64,000 nucleotides of DNA from IMG/VR virus record IMGVR_UViG_3300044646_003076; one strand, given 5' to 3'. This DNA comes from a virus. A program made the position numbers and the translations under genes. Shown here in pieces: positions 47,519-55,555 of the stretch (its first letter is position 1; the number at the start of each line of letters is the position of its first letter). The notes under the pieces were generated by a model. The model saw only the letters and a program-made list of their open reading frames with translations. It had not been told where the DNA came from and made no database searches.

Positions 47519-47884
47519 ATGAAATCACTCAAGATCCCCGTTGTTCTCACCACAACAAAAATAACTGAAGATCAATGGAAAGAGTTTATTTCTGATACAA
47601 TCGGTGACATTTCTGGTGAAATGGTTACAGTTGGGCCATGGCAAGTTCCGGTTAAGTTTGTGGCACTAGCAGCATCTTATACGTGGAAAAATGAAGGTTA
47701 TGGGGCTGTTATTGAATCTGTTACGCTATATGGAAAGCGCACGCTATGCAGAGTAAAAGAAAGCGACTATAAGTTGGAGGGTATCGTTAGCATTAAAGGT
47801 GTGAAGAGGAGAGCCTATACTTCTTCCATTATGTTTGAACTTCCCGATGGTCGGCTATATAATGTGGCAACAATTCAGGTATGA
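47519..47884 (+). CDS. hypothetical protein (duplicate of 48607-48972)
   Basis: high nucleotide identity to C-term of 48205 gene. Confidence 0.75.
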   Translation: MKSLKIPVVLTTTKITEDQWKEFISDTIGDISGEMVTVGPWQVPVKFVALAASYTWKNEGYGAVIESVTLYGKRTLCRVKESDYKLEGIVSIKGVKRRAYTSSIMFELPDGRLYNVATIQV

Positions 47885-48067
47885 AATAGCAAACACAATA
47901 ATTATACAATGGCCCCGATTAACCTCCGGGGTTTTTTATTGTCTTCTAATCTATTTGTTATTTTCTATAACAGTCTGTAGCATTTGTTTGTATTATTATA
48001 TGCGTCTAATTTGTTTGTTATATTATTATACTTTATGAAAAAACAGTACAGGGCTCCCGTTGATTTA

Positions 48068-48162
48068 ATTATACAGCCGAGGCTGGCCATAGTCAAGGTC
48101 TGGAGTCATAAGCATTCCTGATCGGTTAAACGGTTGACGGTGGCCGATGGTGGCTGTATATT
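48068..48162. promoter_or_regulatory. Class B divergent promoter pair 7
   Basis: left TTGACT-17-TATAAT; right TTGACG-17-TATATT. Confidence 0.85.
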
Positions 48163-48204
48163 ATGAGAGTCCAAACATTCCTGGCAGGTTGCCAGGCTCA
48201 TTCC

Positions 48205-48972
48205 ATGGAAAGGCTCAAAGGTTCTAGTCTTGCTCGCACCGTTAAATTCATGCGGGAAGCCGGAAAGACTACTAAAGAGATAGTAATATCTTGTGGATAC
48301 GGTAGAGAAGAAGAAGGTAAAATTCCACATTATACAGCATTTTACGAGGAGCTTCTTATCGTTCGTGATAACGAAAAGCGATATGAAGCGATGTCTAGTA
48401 ATGTGAACAAACGCCGCGATAATGTTTTGCATTATTTGCTTTCTGCAATTGAGTATAGAACGAAATATGAATATAGAAACGATTGGGCAGATCGTTGTGA
48501 TTATAGCGAGGAATCATACAGTGCTGATGATAACTATATTGTCCGTTATTATGGCGATAAGATTGCACTTTTCACCCAAACTGGGGTGCAATTTTTTATT
48601 CCTTCAATGAAATCTCTCACTCTTCCCGTTAATGTCACCACAGCAAAAATAACCGTTGAGCAATGGAAAGAGTTTATTTCCGAAACAATCGGGGACATTT
48701 CTGGTGAAATGGTCACAGTTGGGCCATGGAAAGTTCCGATTAAGATTGTAGCACTAGCAGCATCTTATACGTGGAAAAATGATGGTTACGGTGACTTTAT
48801 TGAATCTGTTACGCTATATGGAAAGCGGACTCTCTGCAATGTAAAAGAAAGCGGCTATGATTTGGAAGGTATCGTTAGCATTAAAGGTGTGAAGAGGAGA
48901 GCCTATACTTCATCCATTATGTTTGAACTGCCAGATGGGCGCCTATATAATGTGGCAACCATTCAGGTATGA
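48205..48972 (+). CDS. fusion: AbrB-like cyanobacterial regulator N-domain + middle module + copy of 47519 protein
   Basis: LKGSSL...KEIVISCGY...HYTAFYEELL resembles the AbrB-like CGY/FTAFYEALL motif. Confidence 0.6.
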   Translation: MERLKGSSLARTVKFMREAGKTTKEIVISCGYGREEEGKIPHYTAFYEELLIVRDNEKRYEAMSSNVNKRRDNVLHYLLSAIEYRTKYEYRNDWADRCDYSEESYSADDNYIVRYYGDKIALFTQTGVQFFIPSMKSLTLPVNVTTAKITVEQWKEFISETIGDISGEMVTVGPWKVPIKIVALAASYTWKNDGYGDFIESVTLYGKRTLCNVKESGYDLEGIVSIKGVKRRAYTSSIMFELPDGRLYNVATIQV

Positions 48973-49069
48973 AATAGCAAACACAATAAGTATACAAAGG
49001 CCCCCGGTTTAATCGCCGGGGTTTTTTATTGTCTTCTAATCTATTTGTTATTCTCTATAACAGTCTGTA

Positions 49070-49377
49070 GCATTTGATTGTATTGTTATATCGGTTGATG
49101 TGTTTGTTATTGTTATTGTGTGTTATGTGTATTTGTTTGTATTATTAACAGTGTGTAATGACAGTTGATTTGTTATTTTGTATGCTTATCGGCCCCGCCT
49201 AGCGATAATAATCCATAAGCCCCCCAATAACCCCCAATAATCCATAATAAGCCCCCAATAATAATCTGACCCTTTGAAATAATATATCAAATATCCATGG
49301 GTCCCCTATACCCCCTTAAAATATACCGATACCATTTTTTCAAAAAATTTCCGCCGGCAAAAATTTTCCCAAAAGGG
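49070..49377. other. non-coding early/late junction with TG-rich then AC-rich arms, C-runs and phased A-tracts
   Basis: ggccccgcctagcg core, ccccaataa repeats, aaaaaatttccgccggcaaaaattttccc. Confidence 0.7.
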
Positions 49378-49599
49378 TCAACTCGTTTCCATCACATAAG
49401 ACAGATTAACATTTAATCCGATCCATAAATCAACAGAAAAATATAAATCCGTCTCTGGATCCGAAAGCATCATATCAAGCCAGTATTCAAAATTTGTACC
49501 TACTTGATACCAACCCCAATATATCTTCTCAAAGAAATTACATCTCATCTTTATTCTCCTTATCAACACATAAAAATTCTTGTCCTCTGGCCTCGGCAT
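49378..49599 (-). CDS. hypothetical protein
   Basis: ORF track; start uncertain (possibly 49548). Confidence 0.5.
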   Translation of the reverse strand: MPRPEDKNFYVLIRRIKMRCNFFEKIYWGWYQVGTNFEYWLDMMLSDPETDLYFSVDLWIGLNVNLSYVMETS

Positions 49600-49780
49600 C
49601 TAATAACCGTTCAAATAAATCAAGTCCGGCTAGAATAACTTCCATTTTTGTTAATCCTGATCTATAAGCAGCGGAGGACAATTTATTCATAGCTTCGTCG
49701 TTGAAAGTGATTATGAACTGATGTTTTGTCATGATTGGTTTTGTTGATAATAATTTCTCAATAAATTCTTTAAGTTTCAT
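49538..49780 (-). CDS. ribbon-helix-helix-like DNA-binding protein
   Basis: FIITFNDEAMNKLSSAAYRSGLTKMEVILAGLDLF pattern. Confidence 0.5.
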   Translation of the reverse strand: MKLKEFIEKLLSTKPIMTKHQFIITFNDEAMNKLSSAAYRSGLTKMEVILAGLDLFERLLDAEARGQEFLCVDKENKDEM

Positions 49781-50049
49781 TTTGTGATCCCCAATTCATT
49801 ATAGCGTTCTCTATTTTCAGGTAGTTGAAACTTATGCATGTGAGATTTTTTCTCTAATTTTTCAAGACGTTGAAAGATTTCTACCATAATACCATACAAC
49901 TTATCTTCTCCATTGGGATTATTTTCCAGATCAATAAGAAATGATAACTTATTCCAATAATCTTTTTTACTCATTTTGTCTTCGTCGCCAAATACCACCC
50001 TAACACGAAAATCTCTTTCTGTCAAGTGGTCCAGTGAACGAACTGACAC
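49777..50049 (-). CDS. hypothetical protein
   Basis: tiles minus operon. Confidence 0.65.
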   Translation of the reverse strand: MSVRSLDHLTERDFRVRVVFGDEDKMSKKDYWNKLSFLIDLENNPNGEDKLYGIMVEIFQRLEKLEKKSHMHKFQLPENRERYNELGITK

Positions 50050-50096
50050 ACAGATTTTCTACATAGATTGATTCAGTAAAAATCGTCTTTAATCTT

Positions 50097-50294
50097 ATGA
50101 AGGAAACCAAATATCACATCTATCTCAATAATAAATGTGTTAATTATAATCTATCTGAAGCAGAATTTAATAAAATCTGGAATGATTATCTACACATGGC
50201 GACCATTCATAAAAATCTCAACAGAGAAGATCTATCTTATGAAGAGGTGGTGTTTGACAAATCAACCTACTCTCTTCAAGGTACTATATACTGA
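50097..50294 (+). CDS. conserved cyanophage hypothetical protein
   Basis: KYHIYLNNKC..NLSEAEF pattern. Confidence 0.7.
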   Translation: MKETKYHIYLNNKCVNYNLSEAEFNKIWNDYLHMATIHKNLNREDLSYEEVVFDKSTYSLQGTIY

Positions 50295-50319
50295 GCACTG
50301 AAGTTTATAAAGGTGAAAC

Positions 50320-51204
50320 ATGAAAGGTTTTAAAGTGAAAGCGGTAGAACCGGTTCAAGAGGATATGGATACTCTTATTGAACGAGCAAAGAATAAACTA
50401 AAAGGAAAGACCATCGTATTCTGTCTTCCCGGTAGATCGGTTTCTTATACATTCTTAAAGAATTTTGTTCAGTTATGTTTTGATCTTGCTGGTAATGGTA
50501 CCGCATTTGCCATTCAACAAGATTATTCTTCCATGGTGAATTTTGCTCGTTGTAAATGTCTTGGTTATAATGTAACCCGAGGTAAGTTTCAGATTCCTTG
50601 GGACGGTAGATTACATTATGATTATCAAATGTGGATTGATAGTGATATCGTCTTTAACAGCGCGGTTTTTTGGAAATTGATTGATACTGCCATTTTTAAC
50701 GAAGAGAAAGCCGATAACAGAAATTCAGAACAATGGCCGCTAATGAATAAAACCGAAGAGGAATTAGATTCCATCGGTCGTTGGAATGAAGCTGTTCGTA
50801 AAGAAAGAATTCAACGACTCAATCTAAAATGTAATCCTGTTACCAGTGGTTATTATGCCACCGAAGATCGCACCACCGTTCCCGTTGCACACTGGATCTA
50901 CGATGGTGAAGAATTTATTCGCAATGGTGGTATGATGAAATCAGAAACACTAGAATCCATGGCCGCTCGTAAAAAACCATTTACTTGCGATTACGTTGGT
51001 TTTGGATTCGTATTAGTGGCTCATGGTGTTTTTGAAAATATGATCTATCCGGTCTTTGGTCCTAAATTACAAGCCTACGATAATGGTATTGAAGACTTCT
51101 GTGGGGAAGACGTTGGCTTCTGTCTCGATGCAAAGGAACTCGGAGTTGAGATTGTTGTAGATCCCGCTGTACGAGTTGGTCACGAGAAAATGGTTGTACT
51201 CTGA
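50320..51204 (+). CDS. glycosyltransferase-like (GT-A) cyanophage protein
   Basis: YDYQMWIDSDIVF (DxD), GFGFVLV..GVFE, GEDVGFC, VRVGHEK. Confidence 0.8.
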   Translation: MKGFKVKAVEPVQEDMDTLIERAKNKLKGKTIVFCLPGRSVSYTFLKNFVQLCFDLAGNGTAFAIQQDYSSMVNFARCKCLGYNVTRGKFQIPWDGRLHYDYQMWIDSDIVFNSAVFWKLIDTAIFNEEKADNRNSEQWPLMNKTEEELDSIGRWNEAVRKERIQRLNLKCNPVTSGYYATEDRTTVPVAHWIYDGEEFIRNGGMMKSETLESMAARKKPFTCDYVGFGFVLVAHGVFENMIYPVFGPKLQAYDNGIEDFCGEDVGFCLDAKELGVEIVVDPAVRVGHEKMVVL

Positions 51205-51347
51205 TGTACTGGAACATTTATTACGACAATAAGCTTCTATATAAAGAAGTAACAGACGAAGAACGCAAAACGATACAGAGAGCATTAATGGAAAAAGTCA
51301 CAGATGGCGCAATGGACATTACACTTATTAAAATGGAGGTAGTATGA
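51204..51347 (+). CDS. 47-aa hypothetical protein
   Basis: start overlaps upstream stop, stop overlaps next start. Confidence 0.6.
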   Translation: MYWNIYYDNKLLYKEVTDEERKTIQRALMEKVTDGAMDITLIKMEVV

Positions 51348-51481
51348 AAAAGAATTTATCGGGCGGAAGAATTATTGAATCCCAGCCCAAAAAATCACGT
51401 CAAGGAGATGGCAAACACACCAAAAACTCTGCAACCAGTAGAAATGCAAAACGCAAACCCACTCGCGGTCAAGGCCGTTGA
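51344..51481 (+). CDS. small very basic cyanophage protein
   Basis: IESQPKKSRQGDGKHTK..ATSRN..RKPTRGQGR. Confidence 0.7.
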   Translation: MKKNLSGGRIIESQPKKSRQGDGKHTKNSATSRNAKRKPTRGQGR

Positions 51482-51884
51482 AGAATGGATTCAAAGAGTC
51501 TCTCAGTCTCGTTCAGAGCTGGGAGGCTTTTCTGTATGTCCTTATGCATCTAAAGCATCTTATAAGATCGTTGAATGTGACATTGATAAACTAGAACTCC
51601 TATCAAATTATGATATTCTAATTTACATCGTCAATGAGTCTTTACTAGAAGAAATCAATAAATGGATAGAACATTATAACGAAGAGTATTCAGATTGGAT
51701 CTTTCTAGAAGACTGTGCTACCTACGATACCTTTATTAATGGTGTTCAGACCAATAACGGAAGTCTCAATTTAATACTTGCTCAGCCCAAGAAAGATTTA
51801 CTAAAAGCCCGCGAAGCATTAAAAAAGACCAGTTACTATTCGTTCTGGTCCGATGAGTATTATAATGAAATCGTTGGAGATTAA
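51375..51884 (+). CDS. hypothetical protein (DUF1415-like CPYA motif); true start probably near 51444-51480
   Basis: WIQRVSQSRSELGGFSVCPYA. Confidence 0.65.
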   Translation: MNPSPKNHVKEMANTPKTLQPVEMQNANPLAVKAVEEWIQRVSQSRSELGGFSVCPYASKASYKIVECDIDKLELLSNYDILIYIVNESLLEEINKWIEHYNEEYSDWIFLEDCATYDTFINGVQTNNGSLNLILAQPKKDLLKAREALKKTSYYSFWSDEYYNEIVGD

Positions 51885-52252
51885 CGAAGTCTTACGTTAG
51901 CGAGATTGGTTGTTCTTTTTCTTTTCTCTTCCTGCGATGCCTGAGGCTTTTCGTTTCTAATCTTTTCTTGAGTATCGGCAAGATTTCTTAATGCAACAGT
52001 ATAACGCTGTCTTTGTTTTGGAGATACCTGCTTCATCTGCCAATCAAGAAGAATAGAATGTTTCCAATCTTCGCTCATTACACTCATAATATTTCTGGCA
52101 GCATCTTCGCTATCAACAAAGCCCTCATCAATCAGATATTCAAGAACCAGATCATAAAGCTCTACATCCTCTTTTTGAAACACTTCTGAAGAATTGGTGC
52201 TTTCATAAACACCCAAATAAGCCTCGTGAAGACTATAATACTTACCGTTCAT
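51881..52252 (-). CDS. putative virion internal protein
   Basis: LHEAYLGVY and YLIDEGF..SEDAARNIMSVMSEDW motif; late promoter 52275-52281. Confidence 0.65.
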   Translation of the reverse strand: MNGKYYSLHEAYLGVYESTNSSEVFQKEDVELYDLVLEYLIDEGFVDSEDAARNIMSVMSEDWKHSILLDWQMKQVSPKQRQRYTVALRNLADTQEKIRNEKPQASQEEKRKRTTNLANVRLR

Positions 52253-52290
52253 TATTGTTTTTTAGAATATAAGTTATTTAGAATTTATTG

Positions 52291-52929
52291 CTAAAATGGT
52301 AGTAATGCACCTAGAGTAGTCTTAACAAGAAAATCTTTAGCTTTTCTCACTGGTTTTGATCTAGCTATTCTTCTACCAGAATTTCTTGATTGTTTTGTTA
52401 GAACTCTATTTGCCTTTCTTGTGACGGATTTTATTTTGCGATCTCTTTCTCTTACTCTTTTTAGTTTGTCTCGTAATGCTTTCTTTGTGTTTTTATCAGT
52501 GGTGTTTTTAATTTGTTTCTGGATTCGTTGCACTTGCCCAAAAATCTCCATGATCAATTCTTCGCTCAATTTTGGATTTCTAATTCTACTATCCGAAACA
52601 CTAAAATCTTTATTTCTTCCGCTATTTTTGTTGAAACCAAAAGACTTATAGAATTTTTCTAACTTTCCTTTCTTTCCCTTATCGGCTTGTGGTGTTAGTG
52701 TAACTCTTTTGTTTTGTTTATCGGCATAACGAGTCAGACCTTTCATCGCTCTTGAGCCGATTCCTTGATTTCTTTTTTCTTTTGGTACTTCAATTGAATG
52801 AAGACGAATATCACCACTATTACTAAGAGTAGAATGAAACTTCATTCCAGGATGTTTTCTTCGCCAGGCAGAGCCTATTTTATCTAAGGATTCTTGTGAT
52901 TCGGCAATAAACTGGCGAAAGGTTTTCAT
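52291..52929 (-). CDS. GNAT acetyltransferase with T4-type capsid-targeting N-terminus
   Basis: MKTFRQFIAE; IEVPKEKRNQGIGS motif A; FYKSFGF motif B. Confidence 0.75.
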   Translation of the reverse strand: MKTFRQFIAESQESLDKIGSAWRRKHPGMKFHSTLSNSGDIRLHSIEVPKEKRNQGIGSRAMKGLTRYADKQNKRVTLTPQADKGKKGKLEKFYKSFGFNKNSGRNKDFSVSDSRIRNPKLSEELIMEIFGQVQRIQKQIKNTTDKNTKKALRDKLKRVRERDRKIKSVTRKANRVLTKQSRNSGRRIARSKPVRKAKDFLVKTTLGALLPF

Positions 52930-53474
52930 CTTCTTTTTGGTTGAGTTTTAGTTCTTTGTGGTTTATCTTTTGCTCTTATTGTTGGCGGCGCATTTTTGCT
53001 GATGTTCTTGTTAGCGGTATCTATGTCAACCATAATATAACTTCCCTTACCAGCTTTTGCACCCGCATTATGAGCATCTGGTACCCGAACTATTTTATGA
53101 CCTCTCTTGATGTATTCTCTAGATTGTTGTATAGGACTTACCTTCTTTGCTCTTTTCATGAGTTCTTCACCTTCATATTTTTGTAGTAGCTCCTTTTTCT
53201 TTTCTCTAGATTTTTTATGTGATATTGTATTTGTTACTTTAGGATTAACAAATTTAAGATTCACTCTAGAATAACCATAATCATTACCCACTCTAGGTGT
53301 AGGAGTTGTATATACAGTTTTATTAGTTTTTTCTGGATGATAAGTTCCCGATGACGGAGATTCTTTGAAGCCTGATTTTAAAATGGAATTTTTATTTTCT
53401 CTAGAAGTGTAATGAGCGGTTCTCAAAACTCTCATTCTTTTGGCTTCGGTAATAAACTGGCGAAAGGTTTTCAT
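52926..53474 (-). CDS. ADP-ribosyltransferase-like protein with capsid-targeting N-terminus
   Basis: MKTFRQFITE; HYT..SILKSGF..G..VYTT..Y. Confidence 0.55.
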   Translation of the reverse strand: MKTFRQFITEAKRMRVLRTAHYTSRENKNSILKSGFKESPSSGTYHPEKTNKTVYTTPTPRVGNDYGYSRVNLKFVNPKVTNTISHKKSREKKKELLQKYEGEELMKRAKKVSPIQQSREYIKRGHKIVRVPDAHNAGAKAGKGSYIMVDIDTANKNISKNAPPTIRAKDKPQRTKTQPKRR

Positions 53475-53884
53475 CTTCCAAATTTTCTAATATTACTTTT
53501 TGCATTACCAACTTCAATATATTTTTTTGTTTTTCGGTTTTCTATATCACGTTTCATCTCTCTTGATTCGGGATGACTTAAATCACCACGAACCATTCTA
53601 GAAAACATTCTTCCCTGCCTATAACCTTTTAGTTTATCAATTCTAGTCCTAACCTCTTTTTTAGTGTCGGGTAAATTACCACTGTCTGTTCTATAATCAT
53701 CCCGGGATTTTTTATCATATTTGGCGCCTCTGTTTGCAGAATGAAACATGCGCCTGATTCCAGTTTGTCGATCTCTTAATGAAGTTGATCCTGTTGCTCT
53801 TTTGTTTCTTATGTCCTCTTTTTCTAAAGGACTAAGATTTTTTTCTTGTTTGGCCTCGGCCATAAACTCTCTATAAGTCTTCAT
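53471..53884 (-). CDS. basic internal head protein
   Basis: true start MKTYREFMAE at 53884. Confidence 0.7.
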   Translation of the reverse strand: MKTYREFMAEAKQEKNLSPLEKEDIRNKRATGSTSLRDRQTGIRRMFHSANRGAKYDKKSRDDYRTDSGNLPDTKKEVRTRIDKLKGYRQGRMFSRMVRGDLSHPESREMKRDIENRKTKKYIEVGNAKSNIRKFGR

Positions 53885-53885
53885 A

Positions 53886-54260
53886 TTAATAACCGTGTTT
53901 TGGAATTTGATGTGAATATTGACGAAGTATAACAGCAGCAGTAGCATTAGCCTCATTTTCAATATCGCTACCATCACCACCATCCATCTCTTTACCACTT
54001 GCTTTTTGTTTATAATGAACCAACTCATGAGCCAGTGTGCGATAAATGTCCATAGGATGACGTTCTGCGATCTGAATTCTTATCGTATCGTCAGAAAGAT
54101 TATACATTCCAAAGGTCTTATGTTTCGCCGAAAATTCAGGATTATCAATAATAATAACATTAGGAGTTTCTTCTATTTCAAGATGGTCACAAGCAAACTT
54201 AAGAAAGTCTTTGACTTGCGATCTTTTTGATTCAGTAAGAAATTCAGTGTACTTCTTCAT
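53886..54260 (-). CDS. zincin metallopeptidase-like protein with capsid-targeting-like N-terminus
   Basis: MKKYTEFLTE; TLAHELVHYKQ (HExxH) and downstream ENEANA. Confidence 0.75.
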   Translation of the reverse strand: MKKYTEFLTESKRSQVKDFLKFACDHLEIEETPNVIIIDNPEFSAKHKTFGMYNLSDDTIRIQIAERHPMDIYRTLAHELVHYKQKASGKEMDGGDGSDIENEANATAAVILRQYSHQIPKHGY

Positions 54261-54822
54261 CTAGAATACTTTGAATCCAGTTTTCACTCATCGCTTCCAT
54301 AATATTTCTTGCAGCTTTTTCGGTTTTTGCAAAATTATTGTCCACCAAATAAGCAATAATAGTATCAACTTCCTCTTTTCTTAATCCAATTTCTTTATCT
54401 TCTCTTCTTCTAGTACCAATAACTGCATTCATTCGCCTTTTTAGCTTTTGTTTGGCCTGAGAATCTTCACCCCAATTTCGCTCATCTGGATGAGGATCTT
54501 TCCAGTCATCATGTTTTCCGATATCTCTTTCGCGGCTTTTAGGTAAAAATGTTGTTTTTACTGAGTCCCGCGACCTTAATTTGGAATCCTCTTTCACTAA
54601 TTTTCTAACAGTTTCACGTCTTTTATTGTGAAGATGTTCTACATCCTTTCTTGTGAATTTTGGATCTGCAGCTTTTTTGGCACCCTTCTCAATATTTTTC
54701 TTCACTGCTTCAATATCAACAGCTTCATTAACACGATAGCGAATTCTTTCTGCATAAGGAAAGAATTCTCTCGTGACAGTACAACCATACATGTCATAAT
54801 AAGAATCCAGTAATTCGTCCAT
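54244..54822 (-). CDS. putative virion internal protein
   Basis: YLVDNNFAKTEKAARNIMEAMSENW motif shared with 51881 gene. Confidence 0.7.
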   Translation of the reverse strand: MDELLDSYYDMYGCTVTREFFPYAERIRYRVNEAVDIEAVKKNIEKGAKKAADPKFTRKDVEHLHNKRRETVRKLVKEDSKLRSRDSVKTTFLPKSRERDIGKHDDWKDPHPDERNWGEDSQAKQKLKRRMNAVIGTRRREDKEIGLRKEEVDTIIAYLVDNNFAKTEKAARNIMEAMSENWIQSILDEEVH

Positions 54823-54845
54823 CGGGTGCGCCTAGTAGATAATCC

Positions 54846-54870
54846 TATTTAGAATTTTGACACCTAAATA
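54846..54870. promoter_or_regulatory. divergent T4-type late promoters (CTAAATA on each strand); further copy at 55131-55137
   Basis: tatttag 54846-54852 and ctaaata 54864-54870 between divergent late genes. Confidence 0.75.
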
Positions 54871-54933
54871 ACCTTGGTGATTAAGGAACCACCTTAAAAG
54901 TTTCTCTTAATCCAAATTTAGGAGAATAGACTA

Positions 54934-55134
54934 ATGCCTGCTGTAGACCGCGATGTGATGTATATGCAAGAGACATTTGGTACCACTTGTCTCGCAACTG
55001 ATTATGGTGCTCTTGAACTTCGGGAAGTAATTCACGATCGCAAAGATAAAAAAGTTAAAACCGAAGATAAAGAACTGTTTTCTCTAGAATCTTCTTGGGA
55101 TTATGGTCTTGAACCGAATGTTATTAACGGCTAA
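54934..55134 (+). CDS. conserved cyanophage hypothetical protein
   Basis: VDRDVMYMQETFGTT.L.TDY; usual position before gp25. Confidence 0.7.
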   Translation: MPAVDRDVMYMQETFGTTCLATDYGALELREVIHDRKDKKVKTEDKELFSLESSWDYGLEPNVING

Positions 55135-55156
55135 ATAACTCTTAATTTAGTATAAA

Positions 55157-55555
55157 ATGCCAGTAGAGCGGATAAGTCGTTCTTTTAAGGATATAAGTAT
55201 TTCATTTGATGTTAATCCATTAACTCGTGATCTTATCGTACTTAAAAATGAAACGGCTATTGTCCGCTCTATTCGCAATTTAATCTCAACAATAAAAGGA
55301 GAGATCCCCTATTCAGATAAAGGTAGTAATATTACTAATCTTTTATTTGAAAATATGAATTCCATAACTTCGTCGCTGATTGAAAGTGAAGTCACTGATA
55401 CCATTACTCGCTATGAGCCTAGAGTGTCTCTTATAAGCGTAGTTGTGAATCCCGATTACGATAATAACACTTATGATATTGTAATTACATATACGATCGT
55501 AGGAATAGATGTTCCACCACAACAACTAACTCTGGTTCTTAATACCGTCCGATAA
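55157..55555 (+). CDS. gp25: baseplate wedge subunit gp25
   Basis: FKDISISF..NPLT.DL..LKNETAI.RS, YEPRV. Confidence 0.9.
   Translation: MPVERISRSFKDISISFDVNPLTRDLIVLKNETAIVRSIRNLISTIKGEIPYSDKGSNITNLLFENMNSITSSLIESEVTDTITRYEPRVSLISVVVNPDYDNNTYDIVITYTIVGIDVPPQQLTLVLNTVR

Noticed and set aside
42900-48162. CRISPR-like array from the repeated ~95-bp elements
   Set aside because: Spacing is 0.6-1.3 kb with full genes in between, the repeats are promoters, and there are no cas genes.
9431-48163. Track start codons at 9431, 13344, 31244, 38403, 43093, 45271, 45761, 47266, 48163
   Set aside because: They lie inside or upstream of the promoter elements; downstream starts with RBS were used instead.
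50027-50050. Class A dyad-like sequence TGGTCCAGTG-AACG-AACTGACACA
   Set aside because: No -10 box at 38-40 bp on either strand and it lies in a minus-strand ORF start; not counted.
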